The notes under the pieces were generated by a model. The model had not been told where the DNA came from and did no database searches. It saw nothing but the letters and a program-made list of their open reading frames with translations. Made by a program: the position numbers and the translations under genes. Shown piece by piece: positions 8,420 through 16,784 of a DNA stretch of 55,328 bases; within the stretch, counting starts at the first letter, position 1, and each line of letters opens with the position of its first letter. This DNA comes from a virus (Duplodnaviria; Caudoviricetes): positions 1 through 55,328 of the IMG/VR virus record IMGVR_UViG_3300045303_000219; one strand, written 5' to 3'.

Positions 8420-8715
8420 TATACGATCTCCGCGTTGATGCCGTAGGTGGCGAGGTTCATTGTGACCTGCAGGGCCTCCCCGGCGGTGTTTGCGCGCTCC
8501 AGCTCCAGCCGGAACCGGGCGCCGTCTTCGGCGATGTTGGCGAGGGCGTTCGGTGTTTCGCTTTTGCTCACGAAGTGAATCGTGCCCTTGCCGTATCGGT
8601 AAAGGTAGAAGCGATTTCCGAGCCGGTCGGTCAACGTGATCGTCCATGCGCGCTCGATGTCATTGCGGGGCGCTTTGCCCCCGCCCGTTACTGCTTCGTT
8701 TTTCGTTTTCGTCAT
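8419..8715 (-). CDS. Hypothetical cassette-leading protein (MTKTKNEAVTGGGKAPR...)
   Basis: Starts at the ATG of promoter element 2; TAATG coupling to the next gene. Confidence 0.7.
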   Translation of the reverse strand: MTKTKNEAVTGGGKAPRNDIERAWTITLTDRLGNRFYLYRYGKGTIHFVSKSETPNALANIAEDGARFRLELERANTAGEALQVTMNLATYGINAEIV

Positions 8716-8786
8716 GCCCCCACAATAGCACCAGTGGAAAGGTGCACAAGTGGAAAATCGCAGATTTTTGAAGATTTATTTCGGCC
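8713..8786 (-). promoter_or_regulatory. Cassette promoter element copy 2
   Basis: Minus strand: GGCCGAAATAAATC..TTCCAC-TTGTGC-..TGC-TATTGT-GGGGGC-ATG. Confidence 0.85.
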
Positions 8787-9227
8787 CTAATTCCGGGCCG
8801 GAAACCGGACGATTTCGATTTCGGCGAAGCCGCCGCGCACCTTCTCGTTCACGACCGCGACCCCGTCGTAGCCGAGCGCCTGCATGGCCGCCACGGCTTC
8901 TGCCGCCCGGGCCGCCCGCGGTGTGAAATCACCGGCGCCGCCGCCGGGCTCGTTTGCGATCCCGCTGATGGTGCCGAAGCGATCGGCGATTTGCATGTAG
9001 GCTTCCTCGACCGTTAACACCAGCGGATTTGAAAGGCGAAGGCACATCCGAAAGGGGACCCCGTATTGGTCCGCCCGGATGAAGGATGTCGAGTAATACG
9101 TGCCGCACCCGAAGTCGCCCGGGTCGCTGGGCCGCCCCTCGGCTTTGATCCCGCGCCAGACCGGCATGCCGTGGGCCAAGCGTGCCCGTAGGCGTGCGAT
9201 TGTTCCGGCGGGTAGGCAGGTCGTCAC
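8787..9227 (-). CDS. ADP-ribosyltransferase-like protein (ART-PolyVal-like)
   Basis: VWRG...GDFGCGTYYST...A.QYG...LRLSNPLVL...ALGYDGVAV...EIVRF resembles the ART domain of polyvalent proteins. GTG start overlaps the upstream stop. Confidence 0.65.
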   Translation of the reverse strand: MTTCLPAGTIARLRARLAHGMPVWRGIKAEGRPSDPGDFGCGTYYSTSFIRADQYGVPFRMCLRLSNPLVLTVEEAYMQIADRFGTISGIANEPGGGAGDFTPRAARAAEAVAAMQALGYDGVAVVNEKVRGGFAEIEIVRFPARN

Positions 9228-9424
9228 GGCGCTGCCTTCATTGCGACATAAAAGCAGCGTCCGCGGTAGCCGCCTTGGACCACCTCCCATTCGCTCCCAA
9301 GTTCTGCTTGTTTAGTTTGGGCCGCTGCCCGGTTGGCATAGGCGAGCGTGATCAATCCGTGCGTGCTTTTTTGCGCCAGAACCACTGCGCCGTTGTCGAG
9401 GTTGCATGTGAGGGGCGCGCTCAT
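9224..9424 (-). CDS. Hypothetical protein (66 aa)
   Basis: MSAPLTCNLDNG...YANRAAAQ...; coupled at both ends. Confidence 0.65.
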   Translation of the reverse strand: MSAPLTCNLDNGAVVLAQKSTHGLITLAYANRAAAQTKQAELGSEWEVVQGGYRGRCFYVAMKAAP

Positions 9425-9540
9425 TCGTCGTCCTGCTCGGAGGCCGTGGAGGTGTCTTCCGGGTAAAAGGTGATCGTGATGAAGCGCCCTTTTACGGGGC
9501 ACCACCGGGTCTCGGTTTTCAGTTCGGTTTCGTTCGTCAT
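9421..9540 (-). CDS. Small cassette-leading protein (39 aa)
   Basis: MTNETELKTETRWCPVKGRFITITFYPEDTSTASEQDDE; starts at element 3. Confidence 0.6.
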   Translation of the reverse strand: MTNETELKTETRWCPVKGRFITITFYPEDTSTASEQDDE

Positions 9541-9611
9541 GCCGGACAATAGCACGCATGGAAAAGCGCACAAGTGGAAAAGTGAAGATTTCTGAAGATT
9601 TATTTCGGGCC
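9538..9611 (-). promoter_or_regulatory. Cassette promoter element copy 3
   Basis: Minus strand: GGCCCGAAATAAATC..TTCCAC-TTGTGC-N16-TATTGT-CCGGC-ATG. Confidence 0.85.
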
Positions 9612-9854
9612 GGAAATTGCCCGGATTCCGAGCGCGGCCCGGACCAGCGGGTGCCCTAGTGCGTGCCCGGTGCTGCCGTAAGTGCCGAGGCAGCGCTTGT
9701 AGGTTTTCCCGCCGGACGTCCATTCCTGCCAAACGTAGAGGCGCCCGTTTTTCATTACTTTGGCCAGCACCCGGGCACCGCCCGGCGCCGTGCCGAGCAC
9801 GCGAGGCCCCGGCGCGTTTTGGGTTGTGTCCTGCCGGGGCCTCCTCGTGTTCAT
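9600..9854 (-). CDS. Hypothetical protein (84 aa)
   Basis: ORF track; its TAA is the AAATAA of element 3. Confidence 0.6.
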   Translation of the reverse strand: MNTRRPRQDTTQNAPGPRVLGTAPGGARVLAKVMKNGRLYVWQEWTSGGKTYKRCLGTYGSTGHALGHPLVRAALGIRAISGPK

Positions 9855-10262
9855 TTAAGCGTTCGCGGCCTTCGCGGCACGCTTAGCCTCGCGCTGTTCG
9901 CGCAGGTAGGTTTTGATGGCGTTCAGCCGGATGTGGCTGCCTTGCGGGCCGACCGCCTTCGCATCCTCAAGGGTAGCGTAGGTGGGGGCCGGGGCCGCGG
10001 GGGCTTTGAGGGCGTCGCGGTGCCGCTTGCAAAGTTGCTGGCCGGTGATTTTGCTGATGCGCGCACCGCAGGAGTGGCACCCTTCAGCTTCGCAATATGC
10101 CCTGCCGTCGCCGCTCTTCTTACTTACCGGGGCCGCCGGTGCCGGGGCATCTTCTGCCGGGCATGTGCACTCGCGCTCGGGTGCCCCGCAAACCGGGCAA
10201 AAATCCCAGTCGTTTTCGAGGTAATCCAGCGCGCCGTTTTCGGTGTCAATTTCGTTCGTCAT
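9855..10262 (-). CDS. Cys-rich (Zn-binding) cassette-leading protein
   Basis: MTNEIDTENG...CPVCG...CTC...CEAEGCHSC...LCKRH. Confidence 0.7.
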   Translation of the reverse strand: MTNEIDTENGALDYLENDWDFCPVCGAPERECTCPAEDAPAPAAPVSKKSGDGRAYCEAEGCHSCGARISKITGQQLCKRHRDALKAPAAPAPTYATLEDAKAVGPQGSHIRLNAIKTYLREQREAKRAAKAANA

Positions 10263-10332
10263 GCCCGGACAATACACCCGGGGCACAAGTGCGCAAGTGG
10301 AATTTCACACTTTTTTTAATTTATTTTTGACC
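10260..10332 (-). promoter_or_regulatory. Cassette promoter element copy 4
   Basis: Minus strand: GGTCAAAAATAAATTAAAAAAA..TTCCAC-TTGCGC-..TG-TATTGT-CCGGGC-ATG. Confidence 0.85.
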
Positions 10333-10566
10333 GCCATTCCGGGGCGCCCGGACCCGCCACACCCGGTAACTTCCGTTCCCGGCGGTGCGCGAGATCAGCT
10401 TGATCCGCATGGCCCGGCCCGCGACGAAGGCCGCGTTCCGCTGCTGTGTAGTGAGCACGATCGAATCCCCGGTTCGCATTTGCCGGAGGATGTGCGCCCA
10501 GCCGCCGCCGCGTCGCGTCGCCTTCGGTGTGACCGGGACGTTGTGTTCGATTTCGATTTGATTCAT
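10321..10566 (-). CDS. Small basic putative DNA-binding protein
   Basis: IEIEHNVPV...MRTGDSI...YRVWRV pattern, seen in small phage DNA-binding proteins. Confidence 0.7.
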   Translation of the reverse strand: MNQIEIEHNVPVTPKATRRGGGWAHILRQMRTGDSIVLTTQQRNAAFVAGRAMRIKLISRTAGNGSYRVWRVRAPRNGGQK

Positions 10567-10612
10567 GCCCGCAGAAATACGGGAGACTTGCCGCATGTGA
10601 CAAGTTTAATCT
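10564..10612 (-). promoter_or_regulatory. Degenerate leaderless promoter element
   Basis: Minus strand: AAAC-TTGTCA-..-TATTTCT-GCGGGC-ATG; CAAGT lies 35 bp from the ATG. Confidence 0.5.
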
Positions 10613-10857
10613 TTGACGTGTCTCGGCGCGCTTTCGTCGTCCGGGTCAAGGCCCACATCGATCATGGCGGCCCGGCGCCGGGTTTCGCGCCGTAGCCGGG
10701 CGACCCATGATTCAAAGGCCGCCAGCACCTCGGGCTCCAGCACGATCCGGTTTCGCGGGTCGTCCGGGTAGCCGTTCTCGGTCGTGAGCACGATGCGCCC
10801 GTCGACGTCGACGTCGGCATACACCGAATCGCCGAGGTAGATTTTCCGGGCGCTCAT
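10606..10857 (-). CDS. Hypothetical phage protein (YLGDSVYA family)
   Basis: KIYLGDSVYADVD..GRIVLTTENG...IVLEPEVL, a recurrent small phage protein pattern. Confidence 0.75.
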   Translation of the reverse strand: MSARKIYLGDSVYADVDVDGRIVLTTENGYPDDPRNRIVLEPEVLAAFESWVARLRRETRRRAAMIDVGLDPDDESAPRHVKD

Positions 10858-11057
10858 GTGCCGCCGCCCTTGTGTTTGATGTCGGCTTTTAGGGCGTCGA
10901 TTTTTGATTCGACGTCGCTTTGAATTTCCTCTAGCGCCTCCAGCGTGACCGCCGGGGAGACGCTCATGTCGCCGAATAGGTTATCGACCGCGTCCGTCAC
11001 GATCTTCTGTTTTGCCGCAATGCGTGGATTCATATTTTTAATTCGAAATTTGCGCAC
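10854..11057 (-). CDS. Hypothetical protein (67 aa)
   Basis: ORF track; helical; ATGA-coupled. Confidence 0.6.
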   Translation of the reverse strand: MRKFRIKNMNPRIAAKQKIVTDAVDNLFGDMSVSPAVTLEALEEIQSDVESKIDALKADIKHKGGGT

Positions 11058-11096
11058 CCGGGCGGGGGGTCCCGGGCGCGCCGTATTTCAAGCCGT

Positions 11097-12323
11097 TTAG
11101 CGCACCGCCGCCAGCACCATCGCTGGCTCCTTGATGATTTTGCCCGCCAGCGACTCAAGGTCCCCGGCATCATCCGGGTCGTCGGTGTCCTGCGCGAGGC
11201 GGCTCACCGCCTGCGCGAAACCGAAGCGCGTCGGATCGTAATCGCGGAGGTAGTAGGTCAGCAGGGCCTCCCGCTGTTCTTCATTCACCGCCCCGGAAGC
11301 GATCACATTGTCGATCGCGGCGCTCGGGCTTGTGAGCGTGTCGGCCTGCGCGGCCTTCGCCTTTGCGACCATCAGTTTGAACTTCTCGGGATCAAATGCG
11401 GCACGCACCGCATCCCGGGCTTTCAGCATGATGGCCTTCGATTCCGCAGAAATCGTCTCCTGCGAAAAGATGCCTTCATCCAGCCGATCGCCGAGGTGCA
11501 CCCGGCTCACGACCGTCTCCAGCGAGGCGACGTTGAAACACATCCCGAGCAAAAGCCCGATTCGGATGTGGAAGCCGCCGTGCCCGGTTTCGCTATTGAG
11601 CGCCGTGACGACCGGGTGAATCGTGCCCGGGCCGCCGGGCAGCTCCCCGCGTATGCGGGCGCCGAGGATCGTCTTGCCCATCAGCTCCTTGTTGCCTATA
11701 GCACCGGCAAACCAGCCGCCCTGCGGGCCGCTGCGCTGGGTGACGTCGATAACGTCCCACACCTGCTGCGTGGTGAATTTGATCCGCATTCGCTTGTCGC
11801 TCAGGTCGGCTTCGAAAACCTGCGCGTCCCGTTTCCGGGCTTCATCGAGGCAGGTGTAGGCGATGTCTTCATTATCGATCACCCGGTAGCCGTTCGACAG
11901 CCACGCGCGCACCTCATTGTCGAGGCACCGCACGAGGCGCTTTTTCGGATCGTCGGCATGCAGGCCGTTCACTAGGTCCGCGAGCCGCCCCGGGCGCTCG
12001 TTCATTAGTGCGTCGAAATACCTCGTCGGCATTGCCGGGGTGAGGCGTTCCGCGAGCTGGTGGTATGCCGAGCGCTTCAGCATCATCGGACCCTCGGGCA
12101 TCCACTCGAATGCTTGGGCCGTGGCCGGGATGATTTTAATCCCGCCGTTCGCTTCCACGGTGAGGTGCCGCACATCGGCGACAAAATCATTCCGTGATTC
12201 TCTTTGCCGGTCCAGTTCGGTCACGAGCTGCTCCAGCGTGCCGCGCCCCTTCCACGAATCGTTATGCTCGGCGATCGTCGTCGAGCCGTTTTCGTGTAGG
12301 GGGTTTCCGTCCATTATGTTCAT
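11097..12323 (-). CDS. DUF932-family protein
   Basis: VRAWLSNGYRVIDN and NSETGHGG...LGMCFN motifs typical of DUF932; AGGAG SD. Confidence 0.75.
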   Translation of the reverse strand: MNIMDGNPLHENGSTTIAEHNDSWKGRGTLEQLVTELDRQRESRNDFVADVRHLTVEANGGIKIIPATAQAFEWMPEGPMMLKRSAYHQLAERLTPAMPTRYFDALMNERPGRLADLVNGLHADDPKKRLVRCLDNEVRAWLSNGYRVIDNEDIAYTCLDEARKRDAQVFEADLSDKRMRIKFTTQQVWDVIDVTQRSGPQGGWFAGAIGNKELMGKTILGARIRGELPGGPGTIHPVVTALNSETGHGGFHIRIGLLLGMCFNVASLETVVSRVHLGDRLDEGIFSQETISAESKAIMLKARDAVRAAFDPEKFKLMVAKAKAAQADTLTSPSAAIDNVIASGAVNEEQREALLTYYLRDYDPTRFGFAQAVSRLAQDTDDPDDAGDLESLAGKIIKEPAMVLAAVR

Positions 12324-12335
12324 TTTTTCTTACTC

Positions 12336-12593
12336 CTATTTTGCGCGGGTGTTTTCGCCGGTTCCCGCATCTCCGGTTTGGGCATTCCCGCGGCCCGGGC
12401 CGTGTGACCCGAAACCGCGAGCGCCCGAAATTGAGGGAGGCGGTCGGGTTGCGCCGTCGCGCACGGTGTCCCCACCGCCCCGCCGCCTCTGATGTTCTTG
12501 CCATCGCGCCCTGCATGCGGGCGCCGCGCACGTCACCTCGTCGGGCATGCGCAGCGCCGGGCAGTAAATGCAGAACCTTTTACGCCCCGACAT
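12336..12593 (-). CDS. Hypothetical Cys-motif protein
   Basis: MSGRKRFCIYC...TCAAPACRARWQ; fills the gap between neighbouring genes. Confidence 0.5.
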   Translation of the reverse strand: MSGRKRFCIYCPALRMPDEVTCAAPACRARWQEHQRRRGGGDTVRDGATRPPPSISGARGFGSHGPGRGNAQTGDAGTGENTRAK

Positions 12594-12957
12594 AATTGTA
12601 ATAACCGAGGCTGCCGACTTCGATCTTGCCGCCGCGCACGTAGTGCACCTCGGACCCGCCACAGAAGAAATCCAGCGCTTCGCGGATCACCCGGGCCTCG
12701 TTGATCGTGCGCACCTGCACACGCTTGGTCGGCATCTTCCAGTTGGTCTTGTCGAATAGCGGGTTGGCGATCGCCATCTTCGCATCGCGCTCGGCGTTGT
12801 TGCGCTTCGCCATTTCGACGTGCGCTACGGCCTCGGCTTGCGACACACCCGAAAGGGCGGCGCCGTCGCCGATCACTTTGCCATCCCGAATCATCTGAAA
12901 GCAGGCGTTGAATGCCCCTTTCCCGTCGCTCATTATGAACCAGTTTTCGTTCGTCAT
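12580..12957 (-). CDS. Hypothetical cassette-leading protein
   Basis: MTNENWF...FDKTNWKMP...ALDFFCGG...GYYNYVGA; starts at element 5. Confidence 0.75.
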   Translation of the reverse strand: MTNENWFIMSDGKGAFNACFQMIRDGKVIGDGAALSGVSQAEAVAHVEMAKRNNAERDAKMAIANPLFDKTNWKMPTKRVQVRTINEARVIREALDFFCGGSEVHYVRGGKIEVGSLGYYNYVGA

Positions 12958-13019
12958 GCGGGCACTTTCGCACATGTGGCAAATGGCACAAGTGATTTTT
13001 TAAACTATTTTTGCTGGCC
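12955..13019 (-). promoter_or_regulatory. Cassette promoter element copy 5 (about 10 bp shorter), back-to-back with the methyltransferase promoter
   Basis: Minus strand: GGCCAGCAAAAATAGTTTAAAAAATCAC-TTGTGC-..TGC-GAAAGT-GCCCGC-ATG. Confidence 0.75.
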
Positions 13020-13050
13020 TATTTTGGCCCGGGGTGTTACGATGCCGGGC

Positions 13051-13869
13051 GTGAAATACTATCCGGTGGACGAGCAGTTGGGCCTTGATTGGAACGGCAC
13101 CGCGGCACCGCCGGAAGCGCCCCCGGTGCCCGAGCCGGTGCTCGATATCGCCGCCGAAAACGCATGGCCGCCCGCCGGGGTGACGCCGTATTACATCGAC
13201 CCGTGGGTGTGCGTAGTGCACGGCGACTGCCGGGAAATCCTGCCGTTGATCCGGGGCGCCGATCTTGTGGCGACGGACCCGCCTTACGGCGTCGGCTACG
13301 ATGGCGGCAGCACCGTGCGCGAAAAACTGGCGGGCGACGAGACGCCGCTACTCTATGCGCAGGTCCTCGACCTGTGCCGCCGGGCCGCGAAGCCGAAGGC
13401 CGCGTTTTATTTATTTTATGCCGACTCACAAACGCTCGCGGTGCGGCAGGCCGTCGAGGAGGCCGGGCTGAAGGTGCGCAACAACCTGATCTGGAACAAA
13501 AACCACGCGCAGTTCGGCGCCATGTTCGCGCAATACAAACAGAAATTTGAGCCGATCCTCTACTGCCACGTCCGGGGCGAATCGCCGAAATGGCGCGGGC
13601 CGAATAACGAGGTGACGGTGTGGGAGGTTGACCGGGCGAGCGCCAACAATTTGCACCCGACGCAAAAGCCGATCGATCTGATGCTGCGGATCATTCGGAA
13701 CAATAGCGACCCGGGGGACCTTGTGCTCGACCCGTTTGCCGGTAGCGGCACGACCCTCCGGGCCGCAAAAGATATGGGGCGCCGCGCGATCGGGATCGAA
13801 ATCGACGAAGGCTACTGCGCGGTCATTGCCGGGCGCATGACGCAGGAAGTGCTGGCCCTCGACGCCTAA
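13051..13869 (+). CDS. DNA methyltransferase, N6_N4_Mtase (beta class, DPPY)
   Basis: HGDCREIL, TDPPYG, HPTQKP, VLDPFAGSGTT and GIEID. Start is GTG 13051 after TGnTACGAT (alternative ATG 13042). Confidence 0.93.
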   Translation: MKYYPVDEQLGLDWNGTAAPPEAPPVPEPVLDIAAENAWPPAGVTPYYIDPWVCVVHGDCREILPLIRGADLVATDPPYGVGYDGGSTVREKLAGDETPLLYAQVLDLCRRAAKPKAAFYLFYADSQTLAVRQAVEEAGLKVRNNLIWNKNHAQFGAMFAQYKQKFEPILYCHVRGESPKWRGPNNEVTVWEVDRASANNLHPTQKPIDLMLRIIRNNSDPGDLVLDPFAGSGTTLRAAKDMGRRAIGIEIDEGYCAVIAGRMTQEVLALDA

Positions 13870-14204
13870 TGCCGCCGCCGTTTCTCGCCCCGGTCAACCA
13901 CATCGGCCAGCGTCCCGCGCGGCTTCCCGTCTTTCAGCGTCCGGCGGACCTTTTCCGATAGCTCGCGGTGGGATTTTTTGCGCCGCATCGCAGCCTTGCA
14001 TTCCGGGCACGTAATGTCGCGATCGTCGAGCGTCAGGAGGCGCAGCGGTTTTTCGGTGCGGATGCCGGTCCTGCCCCAATAGTTCACCCGGCTGGAGAAC
14101 CGTCCGCCGGGGCCGTGCTGCTGCATAGCACGCCCGCACATCGACGTCACCCCGGCGAACACCGTAAACGGCCCGATCTTGTGGACGACCTGCTTCATCA
14201 TCAC
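13866..14204 (-). CDS. Hypothetical protein (112 aa)
   Basis: ORF track; SMCG...ITCPEC Zn-type motif. Confidence 0.65.
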   Translation of the reverse strand: MMMKQVVHKIGPFTVFAGVTSMCGRAMQQHGPGGRFSSRVNYWGRTGIRTEKPLRLLTLDDRDITCPECKAAMRRKKSHRELSEKVRRTLKDGKPRGTLADVVDRGEKRRRH

Positions 14205-14674
14205 GTGGTGCCGTTACCGTTCCCAAGCTGCTTTGTTTTCCGATAGCGTGCAATAATGCGCTTGAGCAGGTCCACCTTCGCGGTCGCGATTTCCTCGCGG
14301 GCTTCGGCGGATTCCAGATACGACTCCAGCGCGGCCATGTCGCGCTCGGTGTAGTGCTTCACCATGACGATCCCGAGCACCCGGTGATGGCCGTCGGGGT
14401 CATAGAACGGGTAAGCCGGAATCCCGGCGCCCAGCAGGAGGTTCACCGCCCGCCACGCTTGGCCCCGGCAGTAAACGACCAAATCGTCCGTGACCGCCTT
14501 CTCGCCGTATTGCACCGTGGCGATGGCCTCGATGCTAACCAGCTTGCCCGGGTGCTTCGTGACCAGCGCTATTGTCACCGCGTCCCGGTAGGTGCCCGGC
14601 TCGACGCTAACCCAGCGGCCCTTGCGCCGCACCAGCGCGGTCCCGGCGGCCTCGATGATTTCCTCGCCGGTCAT
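14201..14674 (-). CDS. Hypothetical protein (157 aa)
   Basis: ORF track; AAGGAGG SD and ATGA coupling. Confidence 0.75.
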   Translation of the reverse strand: MTGEEIIEAAGTALVRRKGRWVSVEPGTYRDAVTIALVTKHPGKLVSIEAIATVQYGEKAVTDDLVVYCRGQAWRAVNLLLGAGIPAYPFYDPDGHHRVLGIVMVKHYTERDMAALESYLESAEAREEIATAKVDLLKRIIARYRKTKQLGNGNGTT

Positions 14675-15228
14675 GCGGCCTCCTTTAGGTGATCGCGCAC
14701 CTTATTGAGCCGCTGCATTCCTTCGGACGTGCCGCCCTTGTCGGGGTGCATTTGCACGACCAGCACCTTGTAGCCGATATCGATCAGCTTTAGGGCCAGC
14801 TCCTCCTCTAGCTTTTGCTCCTTATCGATCCCGGCGACGTGCCGGGTAAAGGCCGGGGTGTCGAAATCCCGCAGCGTTTCGCGCACGTCGTGGGTCCAGT
14901 CCGGTGCGTGCCCGAATTTGCGCCGGTCGCCGCGAACCTGATTCATCGTGCTGAAATGCTCACCGTTCGCGGCCTTGTTTGCGGCCTTCATATATTGCCG
15001 GGCGGTGTCTTGCGTGAGGTGAAAGTTTCTCCTCAGCCACTCGCCCCAGCTAATCGCGTTGAGCTGCGATTTCGCTTCCAGCAGTTTTTGACCTGCCGCG
15101 ATGTAGTGTTGCATCCCGGCGTTTCGTGCCGCTTCGGCGCCGTCATGCAGGTCCTGCTTGATGAGCGGGACCAGCACCTTCAGCGGGCGGGCGACTTCTT
15201 GCGTTTGTTTTTTTTCCATTGTTTGCAT
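14671..15228 (-). CDS. DUF3102-like domain fused to J-domain-like C-terminus
   Basis: AGQKLLEAKSQL...WGEWLRRNF...TARQYMK (DUF3102-like); C-terminal YKVLVVQMHPDKGGTSEGMQRLNKVRDHL. Confidence 0.75.
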   Translation of the reverse strand: MQTMEKKQTQEVARPLKVLVPLIKQDLHDGAEAARNAGMQHYIAAGQKLLEAKSQLNAISWGEWLRRNFHLTQDTARQYMKAANKAANGEHFSTMNQVRGDRRKFGHAPDWTHDVRETLRDFDTPAFTRHVAGIDKEQKLEEELALKLIDIGYKVLVVQMHPDKGGTSEGMQRLNKVRDHLKEAA

Positions 15229-15239
15229 AGTGTGAAAGT

Positions 15240-15275
15240 GGAGTTTGCCACCATTTCTACATTCGGGCAAACTCC
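15240..15275. promoter_or_regulatory. Perfect 10-bp inverted repeat forming a symmetric -35/-10 pair on both strands
   Basis: GGAGTTTGCC-N16-GGCAAACTCC. It reads TTGCCA-N17-CAAACT on + and TTGCCC-N17-CAAACT on -, and is followed by a T-run on +. Confidence 0.6.
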
Positions 15276-15281
15276 TTTTTG

Positions 15282-15566
15282 CTACTTTTTGCTGTAGCCG
15301 ACCAAGTTGTTTTTCTCGAACATCGAGCCGTCCCGGTAGATGTCGATTTCGCGGGACCCGATGATGCGGCGGCTAATCGGCACGCCGGAAACCTGCCCGG
15401 CCTGCTGCCGCTCGATGATGTAATTGTGGCTTTCGTGCCGGGCCGCCCGGGTGCCGCTGCCGTGCCGGTGCCCCCGGTCGGATGCGTTCCACGCGCTCGC
15501 CGGGTCCGCGCCCGCTGTGGCCAACGTCAGCGCAAGGAGCGCCGCCGCCAGCAGTTTGCTATTCAT
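15282..15566 (-). CDS. Putative secreted protein
   Basis: Signal-peptide-like MNSKLLAAALLALTLATAGA; A/C-rich leader. Confidence 0.65.
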   Translation of the reverse strand: MNSKLLAAALLALTLATAGADPASAWNASDRGHRHGSGTRAARHESHNYIIERQQAGQVSGVPISRRIIGSREIDIYRDGSMFEKNNLVGYSKK

Positions 15567-15715
15567 GGTTGGTGGGTTGTGTTTTCGTTTGTCCATATCG
15601 TGCCGCCGGGTAGCGACCGCCCCGTGGGGGCCGCGCCCGGCGGTATCGATAAAGAGTGCCCGCTCCCGGGGTCGTGCCCGCGCGGGCGGCGGTGCATGAC
15701 AAGAGGTGCCCCGGT

Positions 15716-15820
15716 TCACCATAAATTCAGCCATCGTTTACGTTCCGCGGCGGTCATGGGCCGCGTCCGTAGCACCCAGCCCCGGCGGGACCGGGCGAAA
15801 TAATGCCGGTAAAGTTTCAC
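15716..15820 (-). CDS. Small basic peptide (34 aa)
   Basis: GTG start overlapping the upstream stop: (M)KLYRHYFARSRRGWVLRTRPMTAAERKRWLNLW. Confidence 0.4.
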   Translation of the reverse strand: MKLYRHYFARSRRGWVLRTRPMTAAERKRWLNLW

Positions 15821-16305
15821 GCCTTGATCCCCCGTAGCACCGCGCCGTCGCGGATGAAATTGCGCTGGACCTTCGTGAAGGTGTCGAACACCGAGGCCAG
15901 CACGATCCGACCGTGCCATTTTTCGTCGAGGGGCGAGCACCATTTGGTTAGCACCCGGTCGGCCTCGTGAAGGTCGGCCTCCGTTTCGATCCACACCTGT
16001 GTGGAAACTGGCCGGGCCTCGGTCGTGATCGCGGTGATGTTCATGTAGCGCGGGTGGAAGCGCGGCTCGCGTGCGGGCGCCGGGGTCCGGCGCCGTTCGA
16101 TTTCGGTTTCGATTTCACGCACCGCACCCTCGTCGCCGCCTTCCTCACGGATCGCGTCCTGCTTGAACCGCAGCTCGGCGATGTTCAGATCGGCGTTTTC
16201 GAGTTCCGTTACGTGCCGCCCGTCCGGCATGTCGCCGTGGGCATTGCACCGGGGGCCGCTCCCCGCCGCGAGGCGGGCCATCATTTTGTCGGAGTTGCGC
16301 TTCAT
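15817..16305 (-). CDS. Hypothetical protein (162 aa)
   Basis: MKRNSDKMM...; AGGAGG SD and ATGA coupling. Confidence 0.7.
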   Translation of the reverse strand: MKRNSDKMMARLAAGSGPRCNAHGDMPDGRHVTELENADLNIAELRFKQDAIREEGGDEGAVREIETEIERRRTPAPAREPRFHPRYMNITAITTEARPVSTQVWIETEADLHEADRVLTKWCSPLDEKWHGRIVLASVFDTFTKVQRNFIRDGAVLRGIKA

Positions 16306-16487
16306 CGGGCCTCCTGACCGGCTTTGTAGGCCGCATCGAGTGCGGCACGTATGCCCCACACCGCAAGGTCGTGGAAATCCAGCGAATCGCTGTTCCGGGT
16401 TTCTAGCGTCTCAAGGTCGAGGTGCTGCTGGGCGATGCGGGCGAGTTTTTCGGCCCGCGCCTTCGCTTGTTCGTGAATGTTTTTCAT
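16302..16487 (-). CDS. DUF6900-family protein
   Basis: IAQQHLDLETLETRNSDSLDFHDLAVWGIRAALDAAYKAG is the characteristic DUF6900 signature. Confidence 0.85.
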   Translation of the reverse strand: MKNIHEQAKARAEKLARIAQQHLDLETLETRNSDSLDFHDLAVWGIRAALDAAYKAGQEAR

Positions 16488-16492
16488 CGGTA

Positions 16493-16714
16493 TTAAACCT
16501 CCCAGCGGTAGCCGCCGCCCAGTTCGATTGCGGTGCGCAGGTCGACGACCGCGAAGTTATCTTCCGGGCCGTCTACCACCGCGAAAATGTCGCGGTTGCC
16601 GACCGAGAGGCGGGCTTGGTTGCGCATGCGCATCCAGCTCGACGCTTCACCCTCGTCCGAGAAGAATTTGATGTAGGTTTCACTTTTCGCTGCTGCTTTA
16701 TTCGTTTTTGTCAT
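16493..16714 (-). CDS. Cassette-leading hypothetical protein, paralog of 18197-18580
   Basis: MTKTNKAAAK...SWMR...AVVDLRTAIELGGGYRWEV. Confidence 0.75.
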   Translation of the reverse strand: MTKTNKAAAKSETYIKFFSDEGEASSWMRMRNQARLSVGNRDIFAVVDGPEDNFAVVDLRTAIELGGGYRWEV

Positions 16715-16784
16715 GCCGGACAATAGCACCCGTGGAACCGTGCGCAAGTGGAAAAGTGAAAATAAATCAAAATATTTTTCGGCC
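16712..16784 (-). promoter_or_regulatory. Cassette promoter element copy 6
   Basis: Minus strand: GGCCGAAAAATATTTTGA..TTCCAC-TTGCGC-..TGC-TATTGT-CCGGC-ATG. Confidence 0.85.
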
